In this document: piece by piece, positions 10,795 through 23,792 of the stretch | Numbering within the stretch: the first letter of the stretch is position 1 | Layout of the letters: every line of letters starts with the position of its first letter | Origin: Lama guanicoe | Lineage: Eukaryota | Assembly: GCA_013239625.1 (NCBI GenBank) | Contig: MU056262.1 | Coordinates: 8,594,134 to 8,658,133 of the forward strand | Direction of reading: 5' to 3' | Length of the DNA stretch: 64,000 bases | Program-made: the position numbers and the translations under genes | The notes under the pieces: model-generated | Told to the model about the DNA's origin: nothing | Databases searched by the model: none | Seen by the model: only the letters and a program-made list of their open reading frames with translations

Positions 10795-13700
10795 TCAAGC
10801 ACAGGACCCTGAGGGGAGGCAGGAGGAGGGCGGGGGCGCAGGTGTTGGCACAAGACTGAAGAGTGCGCGGCGACCAGTGGGAGGCGAGGGCTGCGGGCCG
10901 ACCTGCAGGGAGCTGAGTGCGGCCAGGCGCTGCTCTCGGGACACGTCCCCGCGCAGGTCCAAGAGGGCAGAGACATGCTCCTCGCTACAGGTACGAGGTG
11001 AGGTGAGTCAGCCCCAGCCAGCCTCTCCCAGGTCCCTCCTCCTTTCCTGGCCCGTCTTCGCACCTTACGTCGGGAAATTGTTGCCGCAGGCCCGCCACCT
11101 CGAGGCCAAGCAGCGTGGGGTCGCGGAGGTTCAGCAGCTCCCTCAGGGCCAGCAGCACTGGCGCACACTGAACGCTCTCCTCCAGACCCTGAGCACATAG
11201 GGGTAGATCTCGCGCCAGCCTTTGGCCCCTAGCCAACCACTGAGACTCCCGCCCATCTTCTAGCCCAACGAGTTCTCACCAAACCGAGGAAAAGCTCCCG
11301 AAGCTGGGCGGCATCTTGCCGCAGGCGCTCGGCTGCCTGGGTCCGCTCGTCAGCCCCTCGGCACACTAGACGGCCTTGCATTAGCGCACGTAGATACTGC
11401 AACACCACGGTACGCTCCGCCTCCGCCAGCAGCAGCTGAAGGGAGCACGATCAAATGGGTCCTGGACACCTTTCCCGTGCGTGCTTTCCCCTCTCCCCAG
11501 CCTTTCGCCCCAAAGCACCTGGACTGCGGGATTCCGCACGTGTCGGAAGTCCTGGCAGAAGCGTGCCGTCCGCTCACACACCCCTTCCAGCAGCTCCGGG
11601 CTCGATAGCCACTGACGCGAGGGCAGAGCCGCGAATAGGGGCTGGGAGCAGGGGTCAGAGACGCGGCTGGAGAGACGATTCAGACCCGGCATTCCCCGCG
11701 GAGACTCCTCCTAATACACTGTATCTCCTACTCGCACCCCCACCTCCACCTGAAGCCTCACCTGTAGCTCCAACAGCAGCGCCTCCAACACCAGGCGGCA
11801 GATCCTCCTCTGCAACTCGTCCAGCGCTGCCTCCACCGGAGCCAAGGCCCCTGGAGCCACCCAGTCGGGCTGCAGGACGGACAAGGAGGAGCTAGACGGA
11901 GACCACAAGTAGGCTTCAGGACCAAGGCCAAGGCCCGCGTGGCCCTCTGTTGTCTAGACACCTGGGCGCCACCTAGTGGCGTCAGGGTCAAGAAGCGCGG
12001 CTCCCTGCACTTGTAAAGGCCTGGGGCGTGGACTGAGGCTGGGAGTGGTGGGCTCAGCAAGCTAGAAGGGACACAGCCCAGCTGGACCTGCCTCTAATTT
12101 GCGATGTGACCTTGAGCAAGTCATGTCTTCTGGTGTCTGTTTCGGTAAGAGGAGAGAGTTAATCCCACTCAGGAGGGAGTCAAAATCGTAATTAACTTAT
12201 TCGTCGTATTATGCCCCCACCCCAAAGAACATAAGACCCAAGAAGAAGGGAGTATTTTTGTTTTGTTTACAGCTGTAACCCCAGATATTACTTGGAACAG
12301 AGTAGGGTCTTGATAAACATTTGTTAATTGAATGAATAATTGACACTATGTCCCAGGTACTGTTGGAAGTTCTTCATATCCGTTATCACATGTGATTCTC
12401 AGAACATCTATTATTACCTATATACTACTGTGAGAAAAGCAAGGTTCAGAGAGATTAGGTAACTGGCTCAAGGTCACACAGCTAGTAATTAGTAGAACTA
12501 GGATTAGAACCCCAGGGCTATATGAGTCCAAAATTCCTAATGGCATAGTGCAGGCTGGGTCCATACCTAATAGGTATTCAATCATGAGTTACTGAAGGTG
12601 GGGTTACATGGGGGCTTCCTGGTACCTGAGTGCTGATTGGTGGTTGAGGGTGGCCAGTAGGTAGGGCACATAATGAGGGACCATTGCTTCCCCCCTGAGG
12701 TGGTCTCGGGAAAATCTGATCAGAGCATCACTGAAGCTGCAAAGGACAGAAGTGGCTCCTGTACCTGTGGTCACTCTTGCACAACCCCAGTCCTTGGTAC
12801 TCCAGCTCCATCTCCAAGATACCCAAGGCCCTATATGAAGGAGCCCCTTTCCACTAGTGTCCCTTATTCATTCAGAGCCCCGTTAGGCTGCCCCAGGAGC
12901 AGGGTCAGGGGTTGGGAGTGGGTCATTGCCTTCGCAGACCTCCTCAGGAATGCGCTCAGTTCTGACAGCGCCATGTCATGCACCCGCTGCTGCAGTGACT
13001 CACTGACCATGCTGGCCACACGAATGTTCTCTTCCAGGATCTACAGTCAGAGATAGGCAGCCATCAGCAGAATCCTCGTCCTGCTCTCTTTCTATTTCCA
13101 CATGAGGTCTGCCCACCTGCCTCACCACTTTTCACCCACCTGCAGCACAATGGCCGGCATTGGTGAGTGGTAGAAGCCAGATGGGTCTGTGTCGGGCTCC
13201 TGCTCTCTGCCCCACTCAGCTGCCTCCCCATCCAGTGCCTTCTGAAGCCACTGGGTCACACTTGCCTGGGGAAAGGAGCAAGGAGCAGCAGGATGTAGCA
13301 GGGCACTGACACAGCTAGAGACAGGTAGACATGCAGATAAAACCCCACAGCTGGTGGCAAACTTCTCTGGACCCAGGCCCTAACTACTTACCTGGACTTC
13401 GGCCACAAATGTTGCCTCTAGCTGCTCGACATTCTCCAGGGTCAGGAGGGGCTCCAGATGGGACACATCAGCCTCAGGCCCTAACTCTAGGCTCCCCATC
13501 ATTTCTGGCCTGGAGATGGGTGCCCCAGTGTTACACTGAGCCCCCACCTCTGATCCACCCACTTCCCGTTGGCCCAGGGACACCGACCCTAGGTATACAT
13601 GCAGTGCCCAGTGCAGCAAGGTGAAGGTATCAGCAGCTCCCAGCTCAGTCCTTTCCAGAAGTTGCTGCAGGCAGCGGCGCAGGCTGCTGTGCAGGGTGTG

Positions 13701-15493
13701 GGCCCACAGCTGGACCACCTTGTATTGTGGTGGGCAGCAGGGTGCTACTAGTGCCTCAGCTGTGGCCAACTCAGCTGGTAAAGCCACCCTCAGAGCCTCC
13801 AGCCACTCTGCTAGTGCCCCTGGTCCAGGCTGTGGCAGTGTCCCAAAGTGGATCCGCTCTAGGCCCTCCTGTAGTGCCCGCAAACAGCGCTGCCGCCAGT
13901 CCCGAGGGGCCTGCTCCCGAGAAGTTGTGCGCCCAGCATCCACCTCTGCCACACGCACAGCAGCCACCAGCAGGGCTGGGTCCTCCCGTGCCAGCCGCCC
14001 TGCAGCCCCTGCAGCTGCCTCCACAGCCTGGCCCAGAGCCTCAGCCAGAGGACCCAGTCCCTCAAAGACTGGCAACTCCAGGCCCCCCAGAGGTGCCCAC
14101 GTCTCCTCTTGCAGCTGTTCTAGCTCCCGAAGGCTCACATATGCCTCCAAGAGCCGCTGGGCATCAATCAGGGTCTGTGTGTGGGCCACTGCAGCTGGCA
14201 CTAAGCAGGGAGGAGAAGAGACAGCTCTGGGTCTCAGCCTTCCCACATATGCAGTAGGCACAGCAGTGGAAGCTAAGACCCTGGGGCTGGAGTGATGTAT
14301 AAAATACTTAGTAAACAATACAGTAGAGCATTGGCCAATCTGAAAGGACCTGAAAGGAAGGGCCACCATGGTGGGCCAGGTGTAAACCCTTGAGCTGAAG
14401 GAACATGAGGAAGTCAGGGATCCTGGAGGGAAGGCAGGGAGGAACTGGGGCAGGGTGGGGGAGGGGCATGCCAGTAGCTATTCATTCATTTTGTTAGGGA
14501 ACTATTTCAATAAATTAACAATCAGAGTGGCCAAAGCCACTTGACTGGGTGTCAGTTCTGATTCAGACATCCCTTGCTTAGGAACCCCAGAATGAACTAA
14601 TATGTACCCTGCTTCATATGCCATTTGAAGCCCAAGTTACTCTCTGGAAGGTCCCTGGTGTGTCCCTCCATGCAGTCTCCCACTGGTGCCCCAGCCCCTC
14701 GATCAGTGATGGTGTTTGGTGACTAGCTGTTGGAGGGCTGAGGCCCAGGACTGCTGCACGCTTACCGGCTCGCAGCCGGGGCAGCAGCTGAGACAAGGCC
14801 CACAGTTGCTTGTGCTGCACAACCTGCTCCCGCAGGGGTTCTAGGGTCTGTGCAGCTTCAGCCATACCCCGGAGCAACCCATGGGCCTGGCTCAGAGCCT
14901 CACGGACTCCCTGCATGGCCTCCAGGGCCCGGGCCAGCTGCCGCACACCAGTCTTCACGCCCTCCAGGTATGACTGCACCACCGACTGTGGGAAGGGGGC
15001 AGACAGTGAGGCCTGGCCAGGCCTGCAGCCCACCCCCAGCGTGCCTGCCTCCTGCCTGATGCCCACCTTGATGCGTGCTTCCAGGGAACAGGTACGCTGC
15101 ACCTCGCGGCTGCGGTACTGCCCCAGCCTGGCCAGCTGCTCTGGCCGGTAGAAGATACCAGAGGCCCACTTGAGCGCTGCACCCCGGGCCAGCTGCTCCG
15201 CCCTCTCCTGCTCCGGCCACTCAGGCCCTGGGCAGGAAGAGCCTGGGCAGCTGCGTCAGTTAGGCAGGGCCTGCAGGAAGCAGCTGCCAAATCTGCTCCC
15301 CTTCCTACTCCTCAGCTTGTACCCCAGGGCAGTCCCCTTCTCTCCCTGCCCTCTAGAGCTCCAGCCAGAGGCAGGGAGGACCCAACCCCACCATTCCCAT
15401 CTTTCTTGCCGCCATCCCCCCATCAGCCTAGCCAGAAGGGCTCATACCAGGAGGAATTGTGGGCTTCATTTTGTCCTTGGCTGCTGAGTCCAT
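10795..15493 (-). CDS. EXOC3L1: Exocyst complex component 3-like 1 (Sec6 family), 739 aa (744 aa with the upstream acceptor)
   Basis: Exons 15493-15448, 15227(or 15242)-15067, 14985-14766, 14200-13588, 13509-13392, 13265-13140, 13040-12940, 12736-12626, 11891-11762, 11641-11519, 11435-11280, 11188-11064, 10984-10795; 2220 nt. MDSAAKD...GPEWPEQERAEQLARGAALKWASGIFYRPEQL...CLPSGSCA*. AATAAA (-) at 10772-10777. Confidence 0.95.
12340..12545 (+). mobile_element. MIR SINE
   Basis: MIR core: aaggttcagagagattaggtaactggctcaaggtcacacagctagtaa...ggattagaacccc. Confidence 0.75.
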
Positions 15494-16449
15494 GGCAGGC
15501 CCTGGAGGAGCTGGAGCAGAGGTAGGAGTGGGATCGAAGGTCTAAGTTAGAGCAGGAAGAGTGGGTGCTCCTCTAAGCTGCAGCCTCCATCTAGGCCCTT
15601 TGGAGAAGGAGGAGGAAGGTTCTTGCCCAGCCTCCTCAGGAAATGAGAGGGAGGCGGGGATGATGGGGAGGCACCTGGGAAACCTTTGCCTCCTGGGTTT
15701 CTCAGTTTTGCCCCTCAGATGCCAAGTGAGTCAGGGTAAGCATGGGACTCTGCTGGAGACTGCTCCCGCTCCGAATTGCAGAGGACAGTTTGATATGGAA
15801 CTCACCAGGCTTGACCAGGAGTGTCCAGTTCTCCCTCTTTCACAAATGGCCTTGGCCTTGAGGATGGCTCTCTCCCCCTCTCCCTCTTGGCAGAGCTGGG
15901 TACTCCCTCCACTGGCTCATGAGGCCCACACCTCGGTGTGCAGCAGGAGAATTCCTCTCCCCAAAGAAGCCACTGTCCCACCTCCCTGCCCAGGAGCTCC
16001 CTCCTCCCTCCAAGACCCGCCCTCTCCAAGGCCACATGCAGAAAGGAAGGAAGCTGAGTCTCTAGTACTTTATTCCCAACAGGAAAGAGCATCTGCACTG
16101 TGGGACGGGGTGGGGAGGGCTGGGCGCCACTTCCTTCAGGGAAGGAGGTGTATACTCCCTGTGGTCATTGAGTCTTGACCAGCCTATCCAGGACTGCTTA
16201 GTGCTCTGGGCACAAACATGAACTAAGCAGCTCCAACTGGGTGGAGAGCAAGGTGTGCAAATATGGGTGCACACAACATCACGGTGTGAAAACTGTTGAA
16301 GGGTCCTTTAGAGCTGGGTGTGTGCTTCTGCAGAGGAGCAAGAGACCACAGGCTGTGTGTGGTGGGTGATGGCGGAGAGTGGTGGAATGGCTATGAAAGC
16401 TATGTTTATCTTGAGATAAAGAGGGCCATGGAAGGGACTACTAAGTAGT

Positions 16450-16800
16450 AATACTGCAGCAGACACTGGCTACCACCCAAATCCACCCTTCAGGACAAAG
16501 ACACTCATTTCCTTAGCTGCCAGAAACGTAGGTTGCTGAGGTCTCATAGCCAAGTCTTTTGGTCCATGTTAGGGTATAAAGGCCAGGTACCCTTGCCTTG
16601 GAATGCCTTGGAAGAGTCCCCCAGCTTCACAGCCCCTAGTAGGATGGACTGAGGCCTCAATTATAACTGCATCACAGTTTAATTCTCTCCTCTGCCTAAT
16701 TCTCCTTGTCTTACTCCCTTACAAGTGTGATTCATCAGTAAACTTCCTGTAGGCAGATGGCTTTCTCAAAGTCTGTTTCCCAAAGAACTTGACCTAAAAT
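16450..16800 (+). mobile_element. Decayed solo LTR (ERVL LTR16-like)
   Basis: The 3' end, agtaaacttcctg...ctcaaagtctgtttcccaaagaacttgacctaa, resembles LTR16-family termini. Family assigned by eye. Confidence 0.5.
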
Positions 16801-17329
16801 AAACAATAATAAAAACCGACAATGTTAAAAAATGATACTAGTGAACACAGAATCCTTCCACACGGAAGAAGTGCTCTAAGTGCTTTACATATACTTACAC
16901 ATAGGTAAACGTGTTTGCGTTGGTTGAAAAGTGGTTATAATTCCATGGCCTCTGAGCACTGCAGTGTGGAGACAAGAGAAAGATGAGTCTGGGGATCGGG
17001 GAAGAAGAGTGGGGATGGAGACAAGTGGATAAGACAGATGTAGTTAGTTTTTGCTGTTTGGCAAGGAGTGAGGGATAGGAATAGGGTGGGTGATCTCAAG
17101 ACAGTGGGGCAGCCTTTAGAAGCAGGTTTGGGGAAACACATTGGGTTCATCATGCAGCATGGTCTCTTCTGAGATGGGGGCTGGGGCAGTTAGTGGAATT
17201 GAAGCAGGCTGGCCAGTTAGGAAGGTTCCCATGGCTCCCACTTCTCTACTGCCGGGGCTGCCCAACTGCTTTCTCTACGTCCTTCCTCAACAAGTCCTGC
17301 CTCTCGGGATCCAGGGGTTATTTTCGTCC

Positions 17330-17540
17330 TCCTCGGCGATTTGATATTTGTTGATGGTCCCCGAAGTTTTTCGGCCATGTTTGCAGAGAGGAATTTTGCC
17401 AAATTCCCTGGGAGGGCGTGGGGCGGAAGCGGAAGTAGCGACCGTGGCGCCGGCGCCCGGGCGGTCAGGAACGGAAGCGGAAGTGGCGGCGGCGCCGGCC
17501 TGGCCTGGCCTGGCTGAGGGGAGGCGGCGGGCGGGCGCGA
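17330..17540 (+). promoter_or_regulatory. E2F4 CpG-island promoter with tandem ETS/GABP sites
   Basis: cggaagcggaagt occurs twice (~17423 and ~17471), with GC boxes and CpG richness, immediately upstream of ATG 17540. Confidence 0.75.
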
Positions 17541-20500
17541 TGGCGGAGGCCGGGCCGCAGGCGCCGCCGCCCCCGGGCACCCCAAGCCGGCACGAGAAGA
17601 GCTTGGGACTTCTCACCACCAAGTTCGTGTCGCTTCTGCAGGAGGCCAAGGACGGCGTGCTTGACCTCAAGCTGGTGCGGCCCGGGCTAAGGGGCGGCAG
17701 AGGGGATGGTGGACCAGGCCGGGGCCGGTAGCGGGAACCCCGGGGCGGCCCAACTGAGCCCGCAGAGAGCAGACTGTCATCCATGTGCTTTCTCACAGGA
17801 GGGAGGCTGGGAGCTGTTTCATTCATTCAGCCGAGGCCATTGGGCATCAGCTGTGTGCCAGGCTTGGGGCTGCAGGTGCTGGTCCTCGTGGCCCTTCCTG
17901 GCAGGTGTGGGGAGAAGGGCATCAGAACAGCAGCTCAGGCTTCACCAGGCCTCTTCCTACCTCGCGCTTCTGAGCTGCTGTAGTGCCTGGGAGGTGGGTT
18001 GGGATCCAGGCCACCCCTTTTCCAGACTATTCCAGACCAAGTCTCACCTGAGAGTGAGGCTGAGCATTTCCCATTCTGTTCTGCCTGCCAGGCAGCTGAC
18101 ACCCTAGCTGTGCGCCAGAAGCGGCGGATTTATGACATTACTAACGTGCTGGAAGGTATCGGGCTGATCGAGAAAAAATCCAAGAATAGCATCCAGTGGA
18201 AGTGAGTGTGGGCACCTGGGAGGGCAATGGGATCGCCTACCCAGAAGTGTCAGGGGTGGGGGTTGCAGGAGTGAGCAGGGGCTATGGGCCCCAGGATTCT
18301 TGGCAGCCCCTCTCNNNNNNNNNNNNNNNNNNNNNNNNNNNNNNNNNNNNNNNNNNNNNNNNNNNNNNNNNNNNNNNNNNNNNNNNNNNNNNNNNNNNNN
18401 NNNNNNNNNNNNNNNNNNNNNNNNNNNNNNNNNNNNNNNNNNNNNNNNNNNNNNNNNNNNNNNNNNNNNNNNNNNNNNNNNNNNNNNNNNNNNNNNNNNN
18501 NNNNNNNNNNNNNNNNNNCTGCGGGGGAGTGGATGAGGGGCTCTTTAGTCCAGCTGGGTTTGCTCTGTGGTCCCCTAGGCCCTGTCCCTCTTGGGAGGAT
18601 GGTATTGTATGTCCTGGCCAGGTCCCAGCCTTGGGCTCCCTTCTCAGAGCCTCTCCCCTCCATCAGTTTTGGCCTATGATACCTCCCCATGTAGACCCCA
18701 GGCCTCAGGACTTTTTCAGGACTGTATGTCAGAGCTGTGCTAAAGATCAGGGTCCTCTCTGTGGTCTGCTATCTGTCAGTGTAGGCAGGGCATCAGCTGT
18801 TCTCCTTAACCCCCGCACCTTGGCCTACGTGACTCATGAGGACATCTGCAGATGCTTTGCTGGTGAGCAGAGCCTGGGTAGGGGGAGATGGGGGTGGGGT
18901 TGGGCTGAGCCACAGCCCTGAACAATGAGCTCAGTGCCCAAGGAGATTTCCTTCTCTTAAGAGGGTTCCTGGGGCCTACCCAAAGAAGATCCAGACAGGG
19001 TAAGTCCTGGGTTCGATGGTCACTGGACCCTGTGGAGGGTAACCATACTGAGAGGATATGGGAATCCTGGGCTGGATCCCTGGGTCAGCCCCTATCTGCA
19101 CTGTCCCCTAGGTATGACTTCTCAGGTGTAACAGAATCATACAAGGGAGAAAGTGTGTGTGCATGCTGGTGTGCAGGGGGCAACGATGCCAACTTCCAAT
19201 CTATAGTTAGTTTAGTTGCATTGTAGTTATGGGAACTATTCCTTCTCCATCTTGCACTTCCCAGACTGGTTCTGGGGAAGGGACATTGGCTTTGGCCAGA
19301 ATATCTACGTCTAGGGAGCAGCCCCTTCAATCAGGGAGATGTCCATGGCCAGCAATCTTTTGCTCCATGTGTCTGAACCCAGATTTTCTAGTTACAGACC
19401 CCTGGGCTCTTAGGAGGAGAATAGCTTTAGTTCTCTGCCTTAGCCACTGAGCCACCATAAGGGATGAATGAAGCCTCCTGTCTAGCCCCTCGGAGACCAT
19501 GAACTCCTTCCTTGCTCCAAGGGATAGATACCCCCATTCCCAGCTCAGATTGAACCCATGGGCCTTGACCCATTCTCCTTGTCATCCTAGGAGACACCCT
19601 CCTGGCCATCCGGGCCCCATCAGGCACCAGCCTGGAGGTGCCCATCCCAGAGGTGGGTGCTCAGCCCAGGCAGGCAGGGTTGATTGAGGGCGGGTGCTGG
19701 CTGTGGAGCCTGATAAGTCCCGGGTGGGGCAGGTAGGGGGAGGCCTGGGGTTTGGGGTTATCTAGGAGGACGGGCAGTCTGGGGTGGGAGAGGACACTGT
19801 GGCCCTGGCACAGGGTCAGGCAAGGGCCAATCCTGTTTCCAGTTCCATCTCTCCTCCGTCCTCCACCTCTACCTCCAGGGACTCAATGGGCAGAAGAAGT
19901 ACCAGATTCACCTGAAGAGTGTAAGTGGCCCCATTGAGGTACTGTTGATGAACAAGGAGGCATGGAGCTCGCCGCCTGTGGCAGTGCCTGTGCCACCACC
20001 CGAAGATCTGCTCCAGAGCCCACCTGCTGTCTCTACCCCTCCGCCTCTGCCCGAGCCTGCCCTGGCTCAACCCCAGGATGCCTCACGCCCAAGCAGTCCC
20101 CAGGTGACCACCCCTACCCCTGTCCCTGGCAGCACCGAAGCTCAGGGGGTGGCCAGTCCAGCAGCTGAGATCACAGGTGAGGCACAACGGGAAGCTGGTA
20201 ATGGGGTGATTTCTGGGGCCCAAGAGGCAATACCTCTGTGTGATGGAAGAGACCTTGTGGGGTTTGTCCTTTTCCTGGCCCCCAGCTGGCCTCTCCTTGC
20301 TAGTGCAATGAATGAGCCTTTTTTAACAGAGCTTTGACTATGTGAAAGGGCATTAGTGGTGGCACTTTTCCCCCAGATCTGCCAGTATCCCACTGGCCCT
20401 GGCAGCCCCTCTTGATTTGTGGTCACAGCAGGTGTGTCCATGATTCTCCCTCCTGCAGGCCTCATGCCCCTTCAGTGACTAATTTTCATGGTACCACTTT

Positions 20501-23128
20501 GTGAGTGATTGGCAGTGCCTAACTCTCCTTGGGCCTAGGAACCAGGGCTGTCGCATTCTCACTGTGGGTTCTAGCATGGCCAGCTTTAATATCCTACTTC
20601 CTGCCCCCATGTGACTGGGTTTGGGGGATGTGGTTGCAGTGAGTGGCGGTCCTGGAACTGATAGCAAGGACAGTGGTGAGCTCAGCACACTCCCACTGGG
20701 CCTGACAGCACTGGATACCCGGCCTCTGCAGTCCTCTGCCCTGTTGGATAGCAGCAGCAGCAGCAGCAGCAGCAATAGCAGTTCATCTGGACCCAACCCT
20801 TCTACCTCCTTTGAGCCCATCAAGGCAGACCCCACAGGCGGTGAGTGCTTGTCCTCTTGGGAACAGGGAGAGCCTAGCCTCAGACAGTCCTTGGTCAGAA
20901 ACAGACTTGGGCCTCAAACCCAGTTCTGTCTCCTCAGCCACAGCTGGCCAGCCCAAGAGCCAGCTCCCTGCTATCCACCTCTGCCTTGGCACCAGAGCTC
21001 TGCCAGCTAGGGTGAGGAGCCTGGCCTCTGGCTTGGTGCTTATGCCCCTTTACCCACTTCCTGAGTTGACACAGAACTGCCTAGCCCTTCCTCAAGCCCT
21101 GTGTTCTACCCCGTGGACCTGTCTCAGGAAGGTGTGAGCACTGTCCTAGGGAAGGGGCTGTGCTATGGTCCTCAGGCTCCAAAGGTGGGCAGTGTCTTAG
21201 AGGTGATGTCATTTCCTCTCCTCTCTATCTTGTGTTTTGAGTGTTTGCTTTTTTTAGGACTCATTCTTCTCCGCTCACAAGAACCACTTAGTCTCTCCTC
21301 ACTGAATGACACTTCGTCCCTTGTGTTCCCCTCCCTCACCTTCCCTGTATCCTGTCTGGACTCCTAGAAAAAGTCATCTCCATTCTACTCTGTATCTCGG
21401 TTCCCTAGTCAGCCTTCAGGTTGCAGCAGTCGCCCACCACGCCAGTGCTCTCAGTAAGCTGCCCAGCCCTGATGGCCAGCTCCAGCGGGTTTCTAGGCTG
21501 ATTTGCTCTGGGGCTGTTTTGCTCCATGTGGATGCTCTTTTTCTCCTTTGGCATTAGTGATGCCAGCACTTGGCTCTTCTCTCTTAATGACTTCTCCTTC
21601 TGATCTCTCCCTGGTGTTCATTTAAATCTGGCTTTTCAAGTCTCTGGCCCATTTCACACCTGTGGAGGCCCCCAGTTCTGGGTAGATGTATTCCCAGTCA
21701 CCGTCTTGCCTAGGTCTTTTGCCTGAACTTTACCTCTTTTGTCTACATGCCTTCCTCTGCACATCCAATAGGCACTTCATTCCCACACGTCCACATCTTC
21801 TTTACCCCAACTGACAAGTCTGAAATGCAGCCTGACTGTGACAGTTTTCTGTCTTCAAACGTATCTTTGAGGAGGGTATAGCTCAGTGGTACAGTGCATG
21901 CCTAGCATGCACAAGGTCCTGGGTTCAATCCCCAGTACCTCCATTAAAAAATAAATAAATAAACGTAATCCCCCCCCAACCCAATTAAATAAATAAATGA
22001 ACTGCTTTAAATAAAAAAGTATCTTTAACAGCTCCCTAAGGCCTCCTGGATAAAATCAGAACTCCTAAACCTGGAATATGAAATCCCTTGTGACCTAGCT
22101 CTCTCCTTTCCAGCTTCATTTTCCTGTTTCCCATGTGTGTCTTCCCAGTCAGACCTTTGTAGCAGAGTCATCACCCTGTAGCACTAACCCCTATTTAAGA
22201 GTCTGTCTGTCTCCTCTGTCAGGTGACCTGGCCTGGGGTGTGGTATGTGAGCATGGCACCAAGTAGGTGCTTAGCAAGGGCAGGGATGGACAGGGTGTTT
22301 GCCATCAGATGATATGCATGATGAGCCCAGAAATAGAGTGGGATTGCTTCCCTTCTTCAGAACCTCTGAGTTAGAAGGGCTGTACCAATTACCTACTGCG
22401 GGCCTTTGGGACCCTGGGCTTGGCACTGAGAAATTCAGATCTAGTAGGGGAGCCTGAGAGACAGTGTCATCTTGACCTAGGGTAGGGCCTACGTCTCAGC
22501 TGTGTGGAGCCCCTGGGTGGGTGATACAGGATCTGAGAAAGCAGGGGCTAGAGTGGGACTAGGCTGGACATCTGTGCCCTTGAGCATGTCTTTCTTGTTT
22601 TTCAGTTCTGGAACTCCCCAAGGAGCTGTCAGAAATCTTTGACCCCACGCGAGGTAAGGCAGTGTTCCTCTCTGGGGCTGGGGTGAGGGGCACAGCTCAC
22701 TGGGTCTTGGGGCTGTTTTCTTGCCCTTCTGAGAACCATATGATTGTGTTTGATCCCTGGGCAAAGGGCACAGTTCTTGATGGGTGGGTGGGTGTGGTCC
22801 CCTTCATGGGCTTTGGTGGGTGGAGAGGTGGGAGCCAGAATGTAACTGAGCTCTCCCTCCATCCCCAGAGTGCATGAGCTCAGAGCTGTTGGAGGAGCTA
22901 ATGTCCTCAGAAGGTACGTGGCCCAGAAAGGTGGGGGGTGAGTGTGGGCAGGGTTTGGGTGGCTACTGGGAGGGGTCTTGGCCCTGAGGACTCAGCCTGT
23001 TGCTCTCTGCAGTGTTTGCACCCCTCCTCCGCCTTTCTCCACCCCCCGGAGACCACGATTACATCTACAACCTGGACGAGAGTGAAGGTGTCTGTGACCT
23101 CTTTGATGTGCCTGTTCTCAATCTCTGA
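17540..23128 (+). CDS. E2F4: Transcription factor E2F4 (exon 3 lies in an assembly gap)
   Basis: Exons 17540-17674, 18092-18201, [exon 3 in N-gap 18315-18518], 18819-18862, 19591-19652, 19879-20176, 20640-20840, 22606-22653, 22869-22913, 23013-23128. [13 protein letters not shown] and [26 protein letters not shown]-binding domain, poly-Ser, and [17 protein letters not shown] pocket-protein-binding motif. AATAAA at 23925. Confidence 0.97.
18315..18518. other. Assembly gap (204 N) covering E2F4 exon 3
   Basis: Run of N; the coiled-coil exon between IQWK and LAYVTHEDI is absent from the called sequence. Confidence 0.95.
18801..18818 (+). other. U12-type branch point and AC acceptor of E2F4 intron 3
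   Basis: TCCTTAAC at 18803-18810, 8 nt before ...GCAC|exon 4; no AG at the exon boundary. Confidence 0.88.
20750..20773 (+). repeat. Coding (AGC)8 polyserine microsatellite in E2F4 exon 7
   Basis: GAT (AGC)8 AAT, read directly. Confidence 0.95.
21869..22018 (+). mobile_element. tRNA-Ala-derived SINE (camelid vic-1-like)
   Basis: gagggtatagctcagtggtacagtgcatgcctagcatgcacaaggtcctgggttcaatccccagtacctcc, followed by an (aaat)n tail. TSD gtatcttt at 21861-21868 and 22019-22026. Confidence 0.9.
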
Positions 23129-23792
23129 CTGACAGGGGCATGCCCTTTGTGGCTGGGACACAGACTGTCTGACCTGGGGGCTGCCTGGGGACTTCCCCCC
23201 ACCCACCCGTACACAGCTTGAGAGCTGCAAACTCCTGGTTTTCCCAACCTTCCCTCACTGCACACTTTTGGCCACAAGTCCCACTCCTGCACCAACACGT
23301 GTACTGTGCTGAGAGAGCAGGGAAAAGGGGCTTAGCTCCCTTCACTGTGGAGCCAAAGTGTTCACCTCTCCTTTTGGGGGGCCTTCCCCCACAGGGTACC
23401 CTCCCTGGGCCCTCCCAGAATTCAGGCTCAGCTGCCACCCAGTGGCACAGAACCAAGGACCCGCCATCATCCTCACAGGACAGTTTGTCTAATCCCACTG
23501 CCCTGTATCTGTCAGCCCCTCCCTCTTCTAGAAGGAAGCATGGGGCAGGGATGGGCACTTGCCAGCACCACCTCTAGTCTCCTTTACTTCCTTCCACTCC
23601 CTATCCTACAGCTCCTTCTGGACCTCTCGTGTACCCCACTTCTGCTGGCCTCTTGGCACTGAGAACCTGTAGGTGGTGGTAGTGGGGGTGCTAACAGGAA
23701 GGGACAGAGATCTCTAGCTAGGAATCTGGGCGGGTGAGTCCCTGAGGATTGGCCCAACCTCCCTCTGCCCCATAGCCCCCCTCTTGTTTATT

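Noticed and set aside
13621-14295. 224-aa + strand ORF and similar long antisense ORFs (e.g. 48371-48997, 26776-27432)
   Set aside because: Antisense shadows of GC-rich coding exons.
18202-18818. Apparent loss of E2F4 exon 3
   Set aside because: A 204-N gap sits exactly where the exon belongs; this is missing data, not a deletion.
21869-21943. tRNA-Ala-like cloverleaf (also at 8404, 40765 and 57541)
   Set aside because: A-rich tails, TSDs and divergent stems identify these as SINE copies, not tRNA genes.
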